Assembly: GCA_043788365.1 (NCBI GenBank)
Contig: JAYVTZ010000011.1
Location: forward strand, 31,272 to 95,271
Direction: 5' to 3'
DNA: 64,000 nucleotides
DNA from: Burkholderiaceae bacterium
GTDB taxonomy: Bacteria; Patescibacteriota; Saccharimonadia; Saccharimonadales; AQU-01
Both the position numbers and the translations under genes were made by a program. A model generated the notes under the pieces. That model saw nothing but the letters and a program-made list of their open reading frames with translations. It did no database searches and had not been told where the DNA came from. Positions 27,567 to 37,647 of the stretch are shown in pieces. The stretch's first letter is position 1. Each line of letters begins with the position of its first letter.

Positions 27567-28964
27567 TTATAGTCTTGACCAAATTTGGCCGTGCTCTGTG
27601 TCACGAATCTCAAGGCCTTGTTGATATAAGCCATTGCGTAGTTCATCCGACTTTATCCAATCACGACTACGCCTAGCGTTATCGCGCAGCATCAGTAATG
27701 ACTTTTGGTCTTCTGTAATGTCCTTGGACGTTAATAAGTTAAGGCCCAGTAAGTCGTCGAGTCGTTGAAGGCTGTCCGTAAAAACCATGACATCATCACG
27801 GCTCAATAACTCATCTGCAACAATATTTTGGTAGTTACTTAGCAGCTCAAGTGCTTTTGGTGTGTCTAAATCATTTTGGAGCGCTAGGGCTATATTATCA
27901 ATTACTGAAGTAATGTCTGTAGGTGTCTTGTCATTGTCTATAGCCTGGAAACGTAAATCTGCCATGGCTTGGTAGCCCCTTAAGCGGTTTTGAGCTGACT
28001 GCAGGTTATCTAGACTGAATTTAGACTGATTAACATAGTGTGACTCAAGAACGTTAAGCCGGATAGCAGAGGGTGAGATGTGCTGTTCGAGCAGTTCTTG
28101 GAGCCGGATACCGTTGCCGAGACTCTTTGAAATTTTGTCACCATCAACCATAACGTGATTGCTGTGCATCCAATGGTTAGTAAAGCGCTTCCCTGTGGCT
28201 GCCTCACTTTGGGCAATTTCGTTGGTGTGGTGAATGGGTATGTGGTCGATTCCACCAGTGTGAATATCAATAGTATCTCCCAGATATTTCATGCTCATAG
28301 CTGAACACTCGATGTGCCAACCTGGAAACCCCTTGCCCCATGGACTTGACCACTCCATATCGCGCGTGCTACTTGGCGGCGAAAACTTCCAGAGCGCAAA
28401 GTCCGATTGGTTTCGTTTTTCGGGATTGATCGTTACTCGTGCTCCAGCTTGTTGCTCGTCCAAATCGAGTCTGGCGAATGCCGTATAACCCTCAAATAAA
28501 CTAGTATCATAGTAAACACCGTCAGAGGTTATGTAAGTAAAACCTTTGTCTTCAAGTCGCCGTATCAAATCAATTTGGTCGTCAATATGATCGGTTGCTT
28601 TAACAATTTCGTCTGGCTTGGTTATATTTAGAATTCGCATGCCTTCAATAAAATCTTTGGTATAGAATTCGGCTACTTCCCAAGCAGACTTACCCTCACG
28701 CTTTGCTCCCTTTTCAAGTTTGTCCTCACCGTCGTCGGCATCGCTTACCAAATGCCCAACATCTGTAATGTTCATTACCCACTTAGGCTTTAGTCCAGAG
28801 ACTTTTAGCGCACGGATTAAAGTGTCCATACGGACGTAGTTAAACCAATGCCCAATATGAGCGTAGTCATAAACTGTCGGGCCACAGGTGTAGATAGTGA
28901 CTTGTTCGGGGCTTAAGGGTTTAATCTCGTCGACTCGCCTAGTTAAGGTGTTATATAGCTTCAT
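27567..28964 (-). CDS. cysS: Cysteine--tRNA ligase
   Basis: HIGH (AHIGH), KMSKS variant (KISKS), WHIECS zinc-site motif. Confidence 0.95.
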   Translation of the reverse strand: MKLYNTLTRRVDEIKPLSPEQVTIYTCGPTVYDYAHIGHWFNYVRMDTLIRALKVSGLKPKWVMNITDVGHLVSDADDGEDKLEKGAKREGKSAWEVAEFYTKDFIEGMRILNITKPDEIVKATDHIDDQIDLIRRLEDKGFTYITSDGVYYDTSLFEGYTAFARLDLDEQQAGARVTINPEKRNQSDFALWKFSPPSSTRDMEWSSPWGKGFPGWHIECSAMSMKYLGDTIDIHTGGIDHIPIHHTNEIAQSEAATGKRFTNHWMHSNHVMVDGDKISKSLGNGIRLQELLEQHISPSAIRLNVLESHYVNQSKFSLDNLQSAQNRLRGYQAMADLRFQAIDNDKTPTDITSVIDNIALALQNDLDTPKALELLSNYQNIVADELLSRDDVMVFTDSLQRLDDLLGLNLLTSKDITEDQKSLLMLRDNARRSRDWIKSDELRNGLYQQGLEIRDTEHGQIWSRL

Positions 28965-28986
28965 TTTATGTCTTTACTTTAACATA

Positions 28987-29721
28987 TTATCTCGCCCTAA
29001 GGACATCGTATGTCTCGGCAATCCATAGATCGCTATACTTACTCAAATCTTTTTCGTCGTCTTTGGGTAGAACAAATGAACCGATCTGTGCCATACCCTC
29101 AGAATTGCCATTAATGGCATGAGCTGGGTAAATTCTAAATTGACTGGTGTGCAGCGCGAGACCACCGATTTTTTTATCAACATCTGTACTTGGCACATAA
29201 ATTTCACCCTCACCTACTGGGTTGAGCGTGAAAGCCTCAAGGTGAGGGTGATTCGACATCGCTTCTTTAACGGCGCTGTGGGTGGCAATATGATCGCCAT
29301 GGCCGTCGTAACCTAACTTATCAAAGGTAATTGCCTTAGTAATACCATTTACGCCAATGAACTCGTCAACGTCGTCAGTGAGTTTTGCCAGGTTATCGTG
29401 ATCAAGTAACCGACCATCAGGATGGCTCGGTAAATGCAGCTTTTGAGCCGGAACGCCTAAGTAACTAGCCTCAGCCCTAGCTTCTAATCGTCTGCCGCCC
29501 GTAGTCACGAACTCTCGATTACCCTTTTCGCTGGCTTCACCGTCACTGGCCACATAGCCGTGTAGTGGTTCGCCACCTTGGCTCTGCAGCGCTCGACTTG
29601 AACTATCAAGCGCATAAGCGAAGAACATAGTAGCGTCGTCGGGATGGGCCGTAAAATAGGCTACTCTATCCGTATTAGTGATTTGAAATGGATTTGGCTG
29701 GGAAATTTGTTTTTCTGTCAT
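28987..29721 (-). CDS. PIG-L/LmbE-family N-acetylglucosaminyl deacetylase
   Basis: AHPDDA motif near the N-terminus and HGDH metal motif. Confidence 0.72.
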   Translation of the reverse strand: MTEKQISQPNPFQITNTDRVAYFTAHPDDATMFFAYALDSSSRALQSQGGEPLHGYVASDGEASEKGNREFVTTGGRRLEARAEASYLGVPAQKLHLPSHPDGRLLDHDNLAKLTDDVDEFIGVNGITKAITFDKLGYDGHGDHIATHSAVKEAMSNHPHLEAFTLNPVGEGEIYVPSTDVDKKIGGLALHTSQFRIYPAHAINGNSEGMAQIGSFVLPKDDEKDLSKYSDLWIAETYDVLRAR

Positions 29722-29743
29722 TTGTTATTCCTATTTATTGCTA

Positions 29744-29778
29744 AAATTTAAAAAGACCTCTTCGTTTGGACGAGGTCT
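29744..29778 (-). terminator. Intrinsic terminator downstream of nrnA
   Basis: Minus strand: AGACCTC-loop-GAGGTCT followed by TTTTTAAATTT. Confidence 0.6.
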
Positions 29779-29873
29779 CATTATTTAACTAAATTAGAAG
29801 TAGCGACCTCGTCTATATACAACAGGCCTGACAACAATTAGATTTACTAATATTCAGAGTCATAAAAATTATT

Positions 29874-30896
29874 CTACTGGTTATACTTTTTGGAATCAAG
29901 CTCTTTTAATAATTCAGTTGCCTTTTGAACACACTGTGTTTTAAGTTTAAGAAATGACTCAGCCTTGTCTACCTTAAAGCCACTTGCATAGACATGTCCA
30001 CCACCACCAAAATTTTTGGCAAGGTCGGCAGCAATAGTAATGCCGTAGCCACAACGAATCGACCCAGTTACTTTACCGCTACTATAGTTTTTTAGTACTA
30101 TAGCGACTTCAACACCTTCAGTTTGTAACATGTCGTTTTGAATCAATGGTGCTGGGTTATAGAGCGGGCTATAGGTCATGATTTCATCATTCGGGACGGT
30201 TACTAGTGCAATCTTACCCTCGGCATGAAGCTCTGTGCGCTCAATCAGTTTGGCTTTGTAACGATAGATAGTCTCGGGCATTTTATTTAGTGCCCGACGA
30301 GCTTCTTCAAGAGCAGGCCTATCAACCCCGTTGTCGATAAGGTCGGCCATAATTCGGTAGGTTTCAGCTGTCGTTCCTTCGCTCGACAAGCCAAGTGAGT
30401 CAGAAAGAATTGAGCTGGCTAGTTGAGTGTTGGCCATTAAATTGAGCTCCCATCCCAGCTGTTTTGCTAAATGATAGATTAGCTCACCAGTTGCAACGGC
30501 TGAGTTGTCATTAATTACGACTGTAGCGTAAGGAATATCACAAGCTACATCTGAGTGGTGGTCAAGAACAATGACAGGATGGCTGGATACCCAATGGATA
30601 TAGTGGCTGTTATTTAACTTTTCAAGTAAGACATTAGCACTGGTATCAACAATAATACTTAAATCAAATTTTGGCGGAATCTCGTTACTTACCCGGTCCC
30701 AGCCCGCTAAATGTTTAAGATAGTCTGGCATGTCTACGGCACAGTAAAGATAACTCTCCTTGCCAAGCTCAACACATATTTGTTCAAATGCCAGTGCGCT
30801 AGCTAAGCTATCGCCATCAGGATTATCGGCTTGAATAATGACAATCGTACTAGCATCTTTAACGAGTCTATCAATCGTACTTATATTATCGTCCAT
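29874..30896 (-). CDS. nrnA: DHH/DHHA1 phosphoesterase (NrnA-like oligoribonuclease/pAp phosphatase)
   Basis: DGDSLAS, LDHH and GGGH motifs. Confidence 0.8.
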   Translation of the reverse strand: MDDNISTIDRLVKDASTIVIIQADNPDGDSLASALAFEQICVELGKESYLYCAVDMPDYLKHLAGWDRVSNEIPPKFDLSIIVDTSANVLLEKLNNSHYIHWVSSHPVIVLDHHSDVACDIPYATVVINDNSAVATGELIYHLAKQLGWELNLMANTQLASSILSDSLGLSSEGTTAETYRIMADLIDNGVDRPALEEARRALNKMPETIYRYKAKLIERTELHAEGKIALVTVPNDEIMTYSPLYNPAPLIQNDMLQTEGVEVAIVLKNYSSGKVTGSIRCGYGITIAADLAKNFGGGGHVYASGFKVDKAESFLKLKTQCVQKATELLKELDSKKYNQ

Positions 30897-30947
30897 AGTT
30901 CTACAGTATATAGACTTCTAGGGCTATCTGATAGCAGTAAATATAAA

Positions 30948-31553
30948 CTACAGTTCGGTACGGCCCTCAAGAGCGCGACCAAGCGTAATCTGGTCAGCAT
31001 ATTCCAAATCTACTCCCATAGGGATGCCGCGAGCGAGTCGACTTATTTTAACTTTTCGATCGCCGAGCTGTTGCTGGATGTATAGTGCCGTTGACTCACC
31101 TTCTACGCTAGCGTTAGTGGCTAGAATGATTTCCTTCACATTGTCACTGTCAACACGGCTAATCAGCTCGACAATATGAAGCTGGTCTGGAGTGATGTTA
31201 TCAATCGGTGACACGAGGCCGCCTAGAACGTGATAAGTGCCATTAAATAAATTCGTTTTTTCGATTGAAACAATATCAAAAGGTTCTGCGACTACTACTA
31301 CCGTGCTTTTATCACGCCTGGGGTCGGTGTAGAGGTCTGACAATTCTTGATCCTTCTCGACGATAGCAAAGGTGACGCGGCACTGTGAGATGCCTTTATG
31401 TAGGCGTTCCAGCGAAAGACCAAGTTTAGTGGCTATCTCCGGGTCCTTTTTTAGTAAATAGTAAGCATAGCGTTCAGCTGTGCGCGGGCCAACTCCAGGT
31501 AATGAGCCGAGTGCTTCAACTAAATCTAATAATGCAGTCGGTAGTATTTGCAC
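30948..31553 (-). CDS. recR: Recombination protein RecR (zinc-finger cysteines degenerate)
   Basis: HhH (LPGVGPRTAERYAYY), Toprim (ILATNASVEGESTALY) and C-terminal ARGIPMG motifs. Confidence 0.9.
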   Translation of the reverse strand: MQILPTALLDLVEALGSLPGVGPRTAERYAYYLLKKDPEIATKLGLSLERLHKGISQCRVTFAIVEKDQELSDLYTDPRRDKSTVVVVAEPFDIVSIEKTNLFNGTYHVLGGLVSPIDNITPDQLHIVELISRVDSDNVKEIILATNASVEGESTALYIQQQLGDRKVKISRLARGIPMGVDLEYADQITLGRALEGRTEL

Positions 31554-31558
31554 TTTAT

Positions 31559-31852
31559 TTATAGTCCAAGGTCACCAAGCGCACTCATAAATGGTCTCAT
31601 TTTCTCGGCGGCTAGTTTTTGGCTTTCTTGTATGCCTTCACGTATGGCATCTTCAATCCAGCGTTCGAGCTGACCGATATCATCAAGGTCGACCATGTCT
31701 TTGTCGATGTGGACTTTCTTAATTTTTTGCTCACCAGTAATTTCTAGTTTGACCGCCCCGTCACCCTTCTCGACTGTCAGGATTTCTTTTTGTAATTCTT
31801 TTTGAACTTTTTTCACTTGAATTAACATCTTAGCTTGATCGAATCGGCTCAT
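31559..31852 (-). CDS. ybaB: YbaB/EbfC nucleoid-associated protein
   Basis: 97 aa; family pattern and the conserved position next to recR. Confidence 0.85.
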   Translation of the reverse strand: MSRFDQAKMLIQVKKVQKELQKEILTVEKGDGAVKLEITGEQKIKKVHIDKDMVDLDDIGQLERWIEDAIREGIQESQKLAAEKMRPFMSALGDLGL

Positions 31853-31900
31853 ATCTTCAAATCTCCTTAATTAACTAATCCTAGGTTATATTGTAACAAA

Positions 31901-32278
31901 CTATTTGAGACGAGCCACATGAAGAGCGTGTATGGTCTCGGGTGTATTTGGCCAGGCCACGAAATAGCGATTTAAGTGATAAAAGCTCGTGAATGCTACA
32001 ACCGTACAAATAATACCGACACCCACGTTTCTTGCTAGTGGATTTCGTGGGAATACGTCTAGCCAGCTATTAATCATGTGAGCAATACCTAGGCTGGCTA
32101 GTATGTAGATAGTAGGAATCAGTATCACGAGTTTGTCTAAGCCGCCAAATGCGATAAGTCCCACGCTTACTAATGTGGTGGCAAGCATCATCCTAGAACG
32201 GTCTAGTTTATGGTCTTTAACTAAGCTTATTGTTCCGAGCAACGCCATGGCCCCAGTGAATAAATCAACAACCGGCAA
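31901..32278 (-). CDS. Membrane protein; possibly the C-terminal piece of the upstream gene
   Basis: Begins 6 nt after the upstream stop in a different frame; only a TTG or an internal ATG start is available. Confidence 0.35.
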   Translation of the reverse strand: MPVVDLFTGAMALLGTISLVKDHKLDRSRMMLATTLVSVGLIAFGGLDKLVILIPTIYILASLGIAHMINSWLDVFPRNPLARNVGVGIICTVVAFTSFYHLNRYFVAWPNTPETIHALHVARLK

Positions 32279-32283
32279 TCCAA

Positions 32284-33096
32284 CTAGGCCAGGCTTGCAT
32301 CAGTTTGGCCGTTGATTGCTAGTACTTTGAAGCCATCAATAATGTTACCGACTGAGTTGCCAGCTAGATGGATTAAGCTCGACCGTAGGCCGAGAAAATC
32401 ATTCACAAGGTCAGGTTGGCGAAATATAGCATAAGCAAGTGGTAGTAAAAATCCGATAGCGACAGCCATCGAGACGACTGCGGCAGTAGGTGCTTCAAAA
32501 ATCTGTCTAGATAATAACTTATGCTGCCATATTGCAGCTAATAAGACTAGCCAGACTAAGCCTGGGGTGTATATACATGTCAAGCTTAGTATTGTCCCGA
32601 GGAACAATATGCGGCCGGTGTGTTTGGTACGACGCGCCCGTGTGCCATAAGCAAGAGTTAATGATATCAAAAAGGGATAGACTATATCGGCAGTAGCCAT
32701 GCGTGCATAGACTAAAAACCAACTTGATGATGCCAGTAACAGACAGCCCAAGATGGCAGTACGTAAACCTTGCCAACGACGCAAAACATAGTAAACAAAC
32801 AGAACCGTAAGTAATGCAAGAGCTGTACTAATTAGCCGGGTGTGGTAAATTGTAAGATTGTGCAGTAGGCTAAGCGCCGTTAGGGGCAGTTTGTAGATTA
32901 AAAAGAATGGATTCTGGAGTAAGGCACCAAAGTGAAAATCAGCATTGATAGTCGACAATTCTTTAAGACTCGAACCGGGAAGTAGTGACGATAATCGATA
33001 AGCCAAAATCTGATCGAGTACAACAAAACTAATCGTGGCATATATAATGGTCAGCCAATAGTTCGCTACCCAGGTTTTCACAGCTTTAATAAACAT
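32284..33096 (-). CDS. Polytopic membrane protein, GT-C (PMT_2/ArnT-like) resemblance
   Basis: About eight TM; the loop/TM pattern (YYVLRRWQG..., LLLASSSWFLVYARMATADI) resembles GT-C N-terminal halves. Weak call. Confidence 0.4.
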   Translation of the reverse strand: MFIKAVKTWVANYWLTIIYATISFVVLDQILAYRLSSLLPGSSLKELSTINADFHFGALLQNPFFLIYKLPLTALSLLHNLTIYHTRLISTALALLTVLFVYYVLRRWQGLRTAILGCLLLASSSWFLVYARMATADIVYPFLISLTLAYGTRARRTKHTGRILFLGTILSLTCIYTPGLVWLVLLAAIWQHKLLSRQIFEAPTAAVVSMAVAIGFLLPLAYAIFRQPDLVNDFLGLRSSLIHLAGNSVGNIIDGFKVLAINGQTDASLA

Positions 33097-33151
33097 AATT
33101 AGACTCTAAATTATACTCTGTGCGGACACCATTTACCAAAGGATATCATGG

Positions 33152-34507
33152 TTATGCAAAAGGTTGACTATGCTTGGTGTCGAGACTTCTGAAACGTTGC
33201 TTGTCCTTGTCAAAGTAAAGTTCGACGCCGCCAGTCGGTCCGTTTCGGTGTTTTTTGATTAAAATGTCAGTTATATTTTTTCGCTCGGTTTGGGGATTGT
33301 AATAATCTTCACGATAAATGAAGGCAACAACGTCAGCGTCTTGCTCTATCGAGCCAGATTCGCGTAGGTCAGCAAGCTGGGGAATTTGTGGGCTGCGATT
33401 CTCGACTGAGCGACTCAGCTGGCTGAGAGCAATTATAGGCACGTTTAGCTCGCGGGCAATCCCCTTTAGTCCGCGCGATATTTCTGATATTTCTTGCACA
33501 CGATTACCTTCACCACCAAAACGACCGCCACCACTCATTAGCTGAAGGTAGTCAACGATGATAAGTCCAAGTTTGTGTTGATGAGCTTCACGTCTGGCCT
33601 TGGTCCGTAGCTCACTAACGGTAATGCTTGGCGTATCATCGATATATATTGGGGCTTCTGATAATGAGCCCATGGCTTGGCCAATTTTTTCAAAGTCAGC
33701 ATCGTTTAAGTTGCCTGTTCTTAGTGCCCAAGCATCAACGCCCGACTCCATTGCTAGCATCCTATCAACTAACTGTTCTTTACTCATTTCCAGACTAAAT
33801 AACAGAACCATTTCTTTAGACTGCAGTGCGATATTATGAGCAAAGTTTAGTGCAAGTGCAGTTTTACCCATAGATGGGCGAGCCGCCAATATGAATAAAT
33901 CAGATTTTTGAAGTCCAGCCAATATATTATCGAGGTCTTTATAGCCGGTCGGAATACCTCTAATCTTGCCTTTGTCTTTATGAAGCTCATCAAGCCTATC
34001 AAAACTTTCGGCTAGGATTGTTTCGAGACTGGTGACGTCTTGCTTGACGTGTTGTTGACTGACTTCGAAAAGGCTAGTTTCAGCACCCTCGATTAGTTGT
34101 TGCAAATCACGGCTTTCGTCATACCCAAGACTAATAATCTCTTGCGAGGCTTTTATTAATCGACGTCGTAAGGCTTTCTGGGCCACTATTTCAGCATACT
34201 TTTCAACGTGTGATGCGGTTGGTACGTAGTTTGTTAGTTCCGTTAAATAGGCTGCACCACCAGCAAAATCTAGTAAATCAGAATTCTTCAGTTGGTCGGC
34301 CAGCGTCAAGACATCTATTGGGCTATGTTTTTCGTAGAGCTGTACGATTGCTTCGTAGATGCGCTGGTGCTTAGGGTCGTAAAAATCAGTTACGCCTACC
34401 AAGTCTGCTATTTTAACGATTGCATCACTATCAATCAGAATTGCCCCGAGCAAGCTCGCTTCAGCGTCTAGATTTTGAGGTGGGATACTGGTTGTTTTTG
34501 GATCCAT
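33152..34507 (-). CDS. dnaB: Replicative DNA helicase
   Basis: PPQNLDAEASLLGAIL N-terminus, Walker A ARPSMGKT, Walker B IIVDYLQL. Confidence 0.95.
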   Translation of the reverse strand: MDPKTTSIPPQNLDAEASLLGAILIDSDAIVKIADLVGVTDFYDPKHQRIYEAIVQLYEKHSPIDVLTLADQLKNSDLLDFAGGAAYLTELTNYVPTASHVEKYAEIVAQKALRRRLIKASQEIISLGYDESRDLQQLIEGAETSLFEVSQQHVKQDVTSLETILAESFDRLDELHKDKGKIRGIPTGYKDLDNILAGLQKSDLFILAARPSMGKTALALNFAHNIALQSKEMVLLFSLEMSKEQLVDRMLAMESGVDAWALRTGNLNDADFEKIGQAMGSLSEAPIYIDDTPSITVSELRTKARREAHQHKLGLIIVDYLQLMSGGGRFGGEGNRVQEISEISRGLKGIARELNVPIIALSQLSRSVENRSPQIPQLADLRESGSIEQDADVVAFIYREDYYNPQTERKNITDILIKKHRNGPTGGVELYFDKDKQRFRSLDTKHSQPFA

Positions 34508-34525
34508 AGGAAAAGCTCTTATAAC

Positions 34526-36022
34526 TTAAGATTCTAACACCTCAGCACCACCAAAAATATTGCTAATGTTATTAATACTCTGCTCAGTTTCTTTTGGACT
34601 GACCATATGGTTCGCTACGATTGCTTGCTTTTCTTCTGTCTTTTCTGCTAATACGTAGTTAATTAAAACATCATCGCCAAGTTTTGGCGCTACGATGTCA
34701 CGAAATTTATTGTGGTTTTTTGGCTCTTTCATCTGTTTTTGATGAAATCCAAATTTAAACGACAGATAGAGTGTTCTATCATTAAGAGTTGGCGACGACA
34801 TTCTAATCACGCCGTATAAAGTGCTGTGTTGTTTTTTTAGTTCGCTTAAGATGTCGGCCCAGGTTTCTTCAGATAAGCCAGAGTACTCGGTTTGCACCGC
34901 TTCGTCTTTCTTGCCTAGAGCTACTTCAGTGGTTGTTTCTACCAGCACCTGACTAATCTTTTCGTGCTTAGTTGCTACGGTCTGTTCCGGTGTCTTGGTT
35001 TGCCCCATCATGGTCGCAGACGGACTGACGACATCATCGGGTCGACTATCTAGTGCCCTAGCTGGTTTGTTATAGATGATGTCGAGAAGTGCCAGCTCTA
35101 AGAGCTGTTCTGGACTTTGACTAGTAGGGACTTTTAAGAGGCCACTCAGGAGTTTTAGTGCCGCACTTGGGTCGAGCCTAGGGTTCTTGCTTAAAAGTTC
35201 GTTTCTAACTACATTAGAGAGCTGTTTGGCGACAATACTTGACTGATAGCCTTCGCTTTTTAATAAGTTTAGTTGTTCCAACAGTTGTCCAGCCGAACCA
35301 TTAATAACTTGATTGAATAGCTCGTTAATTACAGTCTCTGGTGCGATGCCAAGAACTCTTCGAACATCATCGATAGTTAGCTTGCCACTATGTCTCGATT
35401 GATCAAGTAGACTAATGCTATCACGAAAACTACCTTCACCATGCTCGGCAATAAGTTCCAAAGCGTCATCGTCTACGCTGAACTTTTCGTCTTTGGCAAT
35501 TTGACGTAGCTGCTTGACGGCGCTACCCAGTTCGATTGGCTTGAATGAGTGTCGTTGGGTACGGCTAATGATGGTCTCAGGTAGTTTGTGGACCTCCGTG
35601 GTGGCCAGGATAAAGATAACATGCTCCGGTGGTTCCTCGAGTGTCTTTAGTAGAGCGTTAAAGGCCTCACGCGTCAACATGTGGACTTCATCGATGATAT
35701 ATACTTTGTATTTAGCTGAAGTCGGACTTATGTGGACCTTATCACGAAGATCCCTGATTTCGTCAATTCGACGGTTGCTCGCGGCGTCAATCTCAATGAT
35801 ATCGAGGTGATTTGAGTCGTCATCATACTTAAGACCATTTACTTCATGGGCCAAAATTCGAGCAACTGATGTCTTACCTACCCCATGTGGACCAGTAAAC
35901 AGATAGGCGTGGCTAATTTTGCCAGATTTTAAGGCATTTTCGAGAGTCTTAGTGATATGTTCTTGACCAACAACTTCACTAAGTTTTTTGGGACGATACT
36001 TACGATATAGTGCCTGTGCCAT
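34526..36022 (-). CDS. dnaX: DNA polymerase III subunit gamma/tau
   Basis: YRPKKLSEVVGQEH, GPHGVGKTS, IIDEVHML, SRTQ motifs. Confidence 0.95.
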   Translation of the reverse strand: MAQALYRKYRPKKLSEVVGQEHITKTLENALKSGKISHAYLFTGPHGVGKTSVARILAHEVNGLKYDDDSNHLDIIEIDAASNRRIDEIRDLRDKVHISPTSAKYKVYIIDEVHMLTREAFNALLKTLEEPPEHVIFILATTEVHKLPETIISRTQRHSFKPIELGSAVKQLRQIAKDEKFSVDDDALELIAEHGEGSFRDSISLLDQSRHSGKLTIDDVRRVLGIAPETVINELFNQVINGSAGQLLEQLNLLKSEGYQSSIVAKQLSNVVRNELLSKNPRLDPSAALKLLSGLLKVPTSQSPEQLLELALLDIIYNKPARALDSRPDDVVSPSATMMGQTKTPEQTVATKHEKISQVLVETTTEVALGKKDEAVQTEYSGLSEETWADILSELKKQHSTLYGVIRMSSPTLNDRTLYLSFKFGFHQKQMKEPKNHNKFRDIVAPKLGDDVLINYVLAEKTEEKQAIVANHMVSPKETEQSINNISNIFGGAEVLES

Positions 36023-36261
36023 TTACTAGTATCTAGCGGCTAGTTTTTAGTAGCTAGTATTCTCCCTCACATGTTTTTGTAGTAATAATAAGTATAGCGC
36101 TATTTGCCAAGTGATACTAAGAATAGTCTGTAGTATTTTTCACTGATGAGTTGAGACATCAGGGTATCGACAGCTTAGACTGTCCTCCACTTAAGCTAAC
36201 GAATGTATCTACGATAAATTAAGTCTATTGTGCTCCTCAAAGTCACCAAACACGTATTAAT

Positions 36262-36942
36262 TTAGACTTCAGATTTATATTTTCCGAAGCCAGCACTAGC
36301 ATATTCACTGGCAGCAGGCACCGATAGGCCGGCACCGGCTAGTGATGCTCCCCAGCCTAGCGTCTCGAGTCCGGCATCAACAAATCCTGGGGCGTGCTTT
36401 TCTAGCGCGCCTTTGAGCATAAACGAACCAACGCCTAACCAGAGCGCTGCTGCACCGAGCTTACCTTCTGCGGTGGGGTTGAGTTCGACATTACGAGCCC
36501 GGGCGGCGAGTGAGCCAACGACACCAACGGCTTTTGGCGTAGCAATAGCCAAGGTTGCGGCCAGAGGTATTACCCTGCCTTCCATGAGATATAAAGCAGC
36601 GGCTAATTGGACGGTGTCGGCAGTCGGGTCAAGGTCACGACCAACACGACCTTTGGTGTGTGTCTTATCAGCAACAGCGCCATCAATAACATCAGCAGCA
36701 CGACCGACTAACACCTTAGCCGTACCTTCTATTTTATTGCCATTCACAAAGTCCATAATGCCATTAATTACTGAAACCGAACCGGCGATTGTTATCATGT
36801 TTGCGGCCGTAACTACACCCTTGGACCATTTGGCAACCCTTTGTAGGCGCGTTAAGTCGGTATCTGGAATATTATCCCAGTCGTTTCCATTATCTTTTAA
36901 TCTATGCATGCTGTCGTCAGAGCGTTGAATCATGAAAAACAA
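36262..36942 (-). CDS. CDP-alcohol phosphatidyltransferase-family protein (variant signature)
   Basis: DGAVADKTHTKGRVGRDLDPTAD fits D-G-x2-A-[R]-x8-G-x3-D-x3-D except that R is replaced by D. Start may be the internal Met at 36909. Confidence 0.55.
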   Translation of the reverse strand: MFFMIQRSDDSMHRLKDNGNDWDNIPDTDLTRLQRVAKWSKGVVTAANMITIAGSVSVINGIMDFVNGNKIEGTAKVLVGRAADVIDGAVADKTHTKGRVGRDLDPTADTVQLAAALYLMEGRVIPLAATLAIATPKAVGVVGSLAARARNVELNPTAEGKLGAAALWLGVGSFMLKGALEKHAPGFVDAGLETLGWGASLAGAGLSVPAASEYASAGFGKYKSEV

Positions 36943-36980
36943 TATAACACATTTGACTGTTTAAACAAATAAGGTTTTGG

Positions 36981-37490
36981 CTATAACGCGGCTTCGAGGG
37001 CGGCCCACTCCGAGTGTTCGTCCTCTTCAGGGACGTTAACACTGACTTGATCACCTGGTTTGGCCTTGAAGTAAGTAACGCTAGCCAATAGTACGCGGTA
37101 TGAGCGAACGCCGACATTCACGAAGTAGTGACCGTCCTTAAGTTCAAGAACGCCAACAACCTGCTTACGAGGGATTGGCCCAATTTGCTTGTACATGAAA
37201 GCACCGTCATCGGCAATTGTTAGTTTTAAGATGTCGCCCTGGACTAATTTTGACTTAGAAGCGTAGTTTGCTGGTACAGGATAAGTCTTGCCGTCAGAAC
37301 CAACCATTGTTTGGCCATCGAAGACGCCTTCAATAATTTTGCCGAGGTTTTCTTCAGTCACACTAGAGGTAACAGTCGGGTCTTCGCCGACAATACTAAC
37401 CAGCAGCTCTTTGGCGGCCGCTAAACTAGTCTCGGCCTCTTGAATCAGAGTACGAAGTCTTTTTACTTGTTTTTCGGGAAAGTCCGCCAT
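36981..37490 (-). CDS. Hypothetical protein with an internal beta-repeat
   Basis: Start moved to MADFPEK. Two similar segments (YPVPANYASKSKLVQGDILKL / YRVLLASVTYFKAKPGDQVSV). Confidence 0.5.
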   Translation of the reverse strand: MADFPEKQVKRLRTLIQEAETSLAAAKELLVSIVGEDPTVTSSVTEENLGKIIEGVFDGQTMVGSDGKTYPVPANYASKSKLVQGDILKLTIADDGAFMYKQIGPIPRKQVVGVLELKDGHYFVNVGVRSYRVLLASVTYFKAKPGDQVSVNVPEEDEHSEWAALEAAL

Positions 37491-37647
37491 ATTACTACCT
37501 TGACGCGTCCTGTCTTTGTTTGACACCTATATTAGCCTTAACGTATCATGGTTCGCACTTCAAGTCAAAGATTTAAGTGTTTTCTGTGGATAACCCCACT
37601 ACGCCTAATAGTTGATAATAATTGTAAATAGTTGTATAATATACGAT

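Noticed and set aside
36023-36261. Possible SRP RNA upstream of dnaX (scRNA-dnaX-ybaB-recR linkage is known in Firmicutes)
   Set aside because: Two small hairpins are present, but I could not find the conserved domain IV motifs (GGAA tetraloop context / AGCA) on either strand.
36413-36928. 171 aa ORF on the + strand
   Set aside because: Antisense to the CDP-alcohol phosphatidyltransferase-like gene. Its Ala/Ser/Pro/Thr-rich translation is typical of the reverse frame of a Gly/Ala-rich gene.
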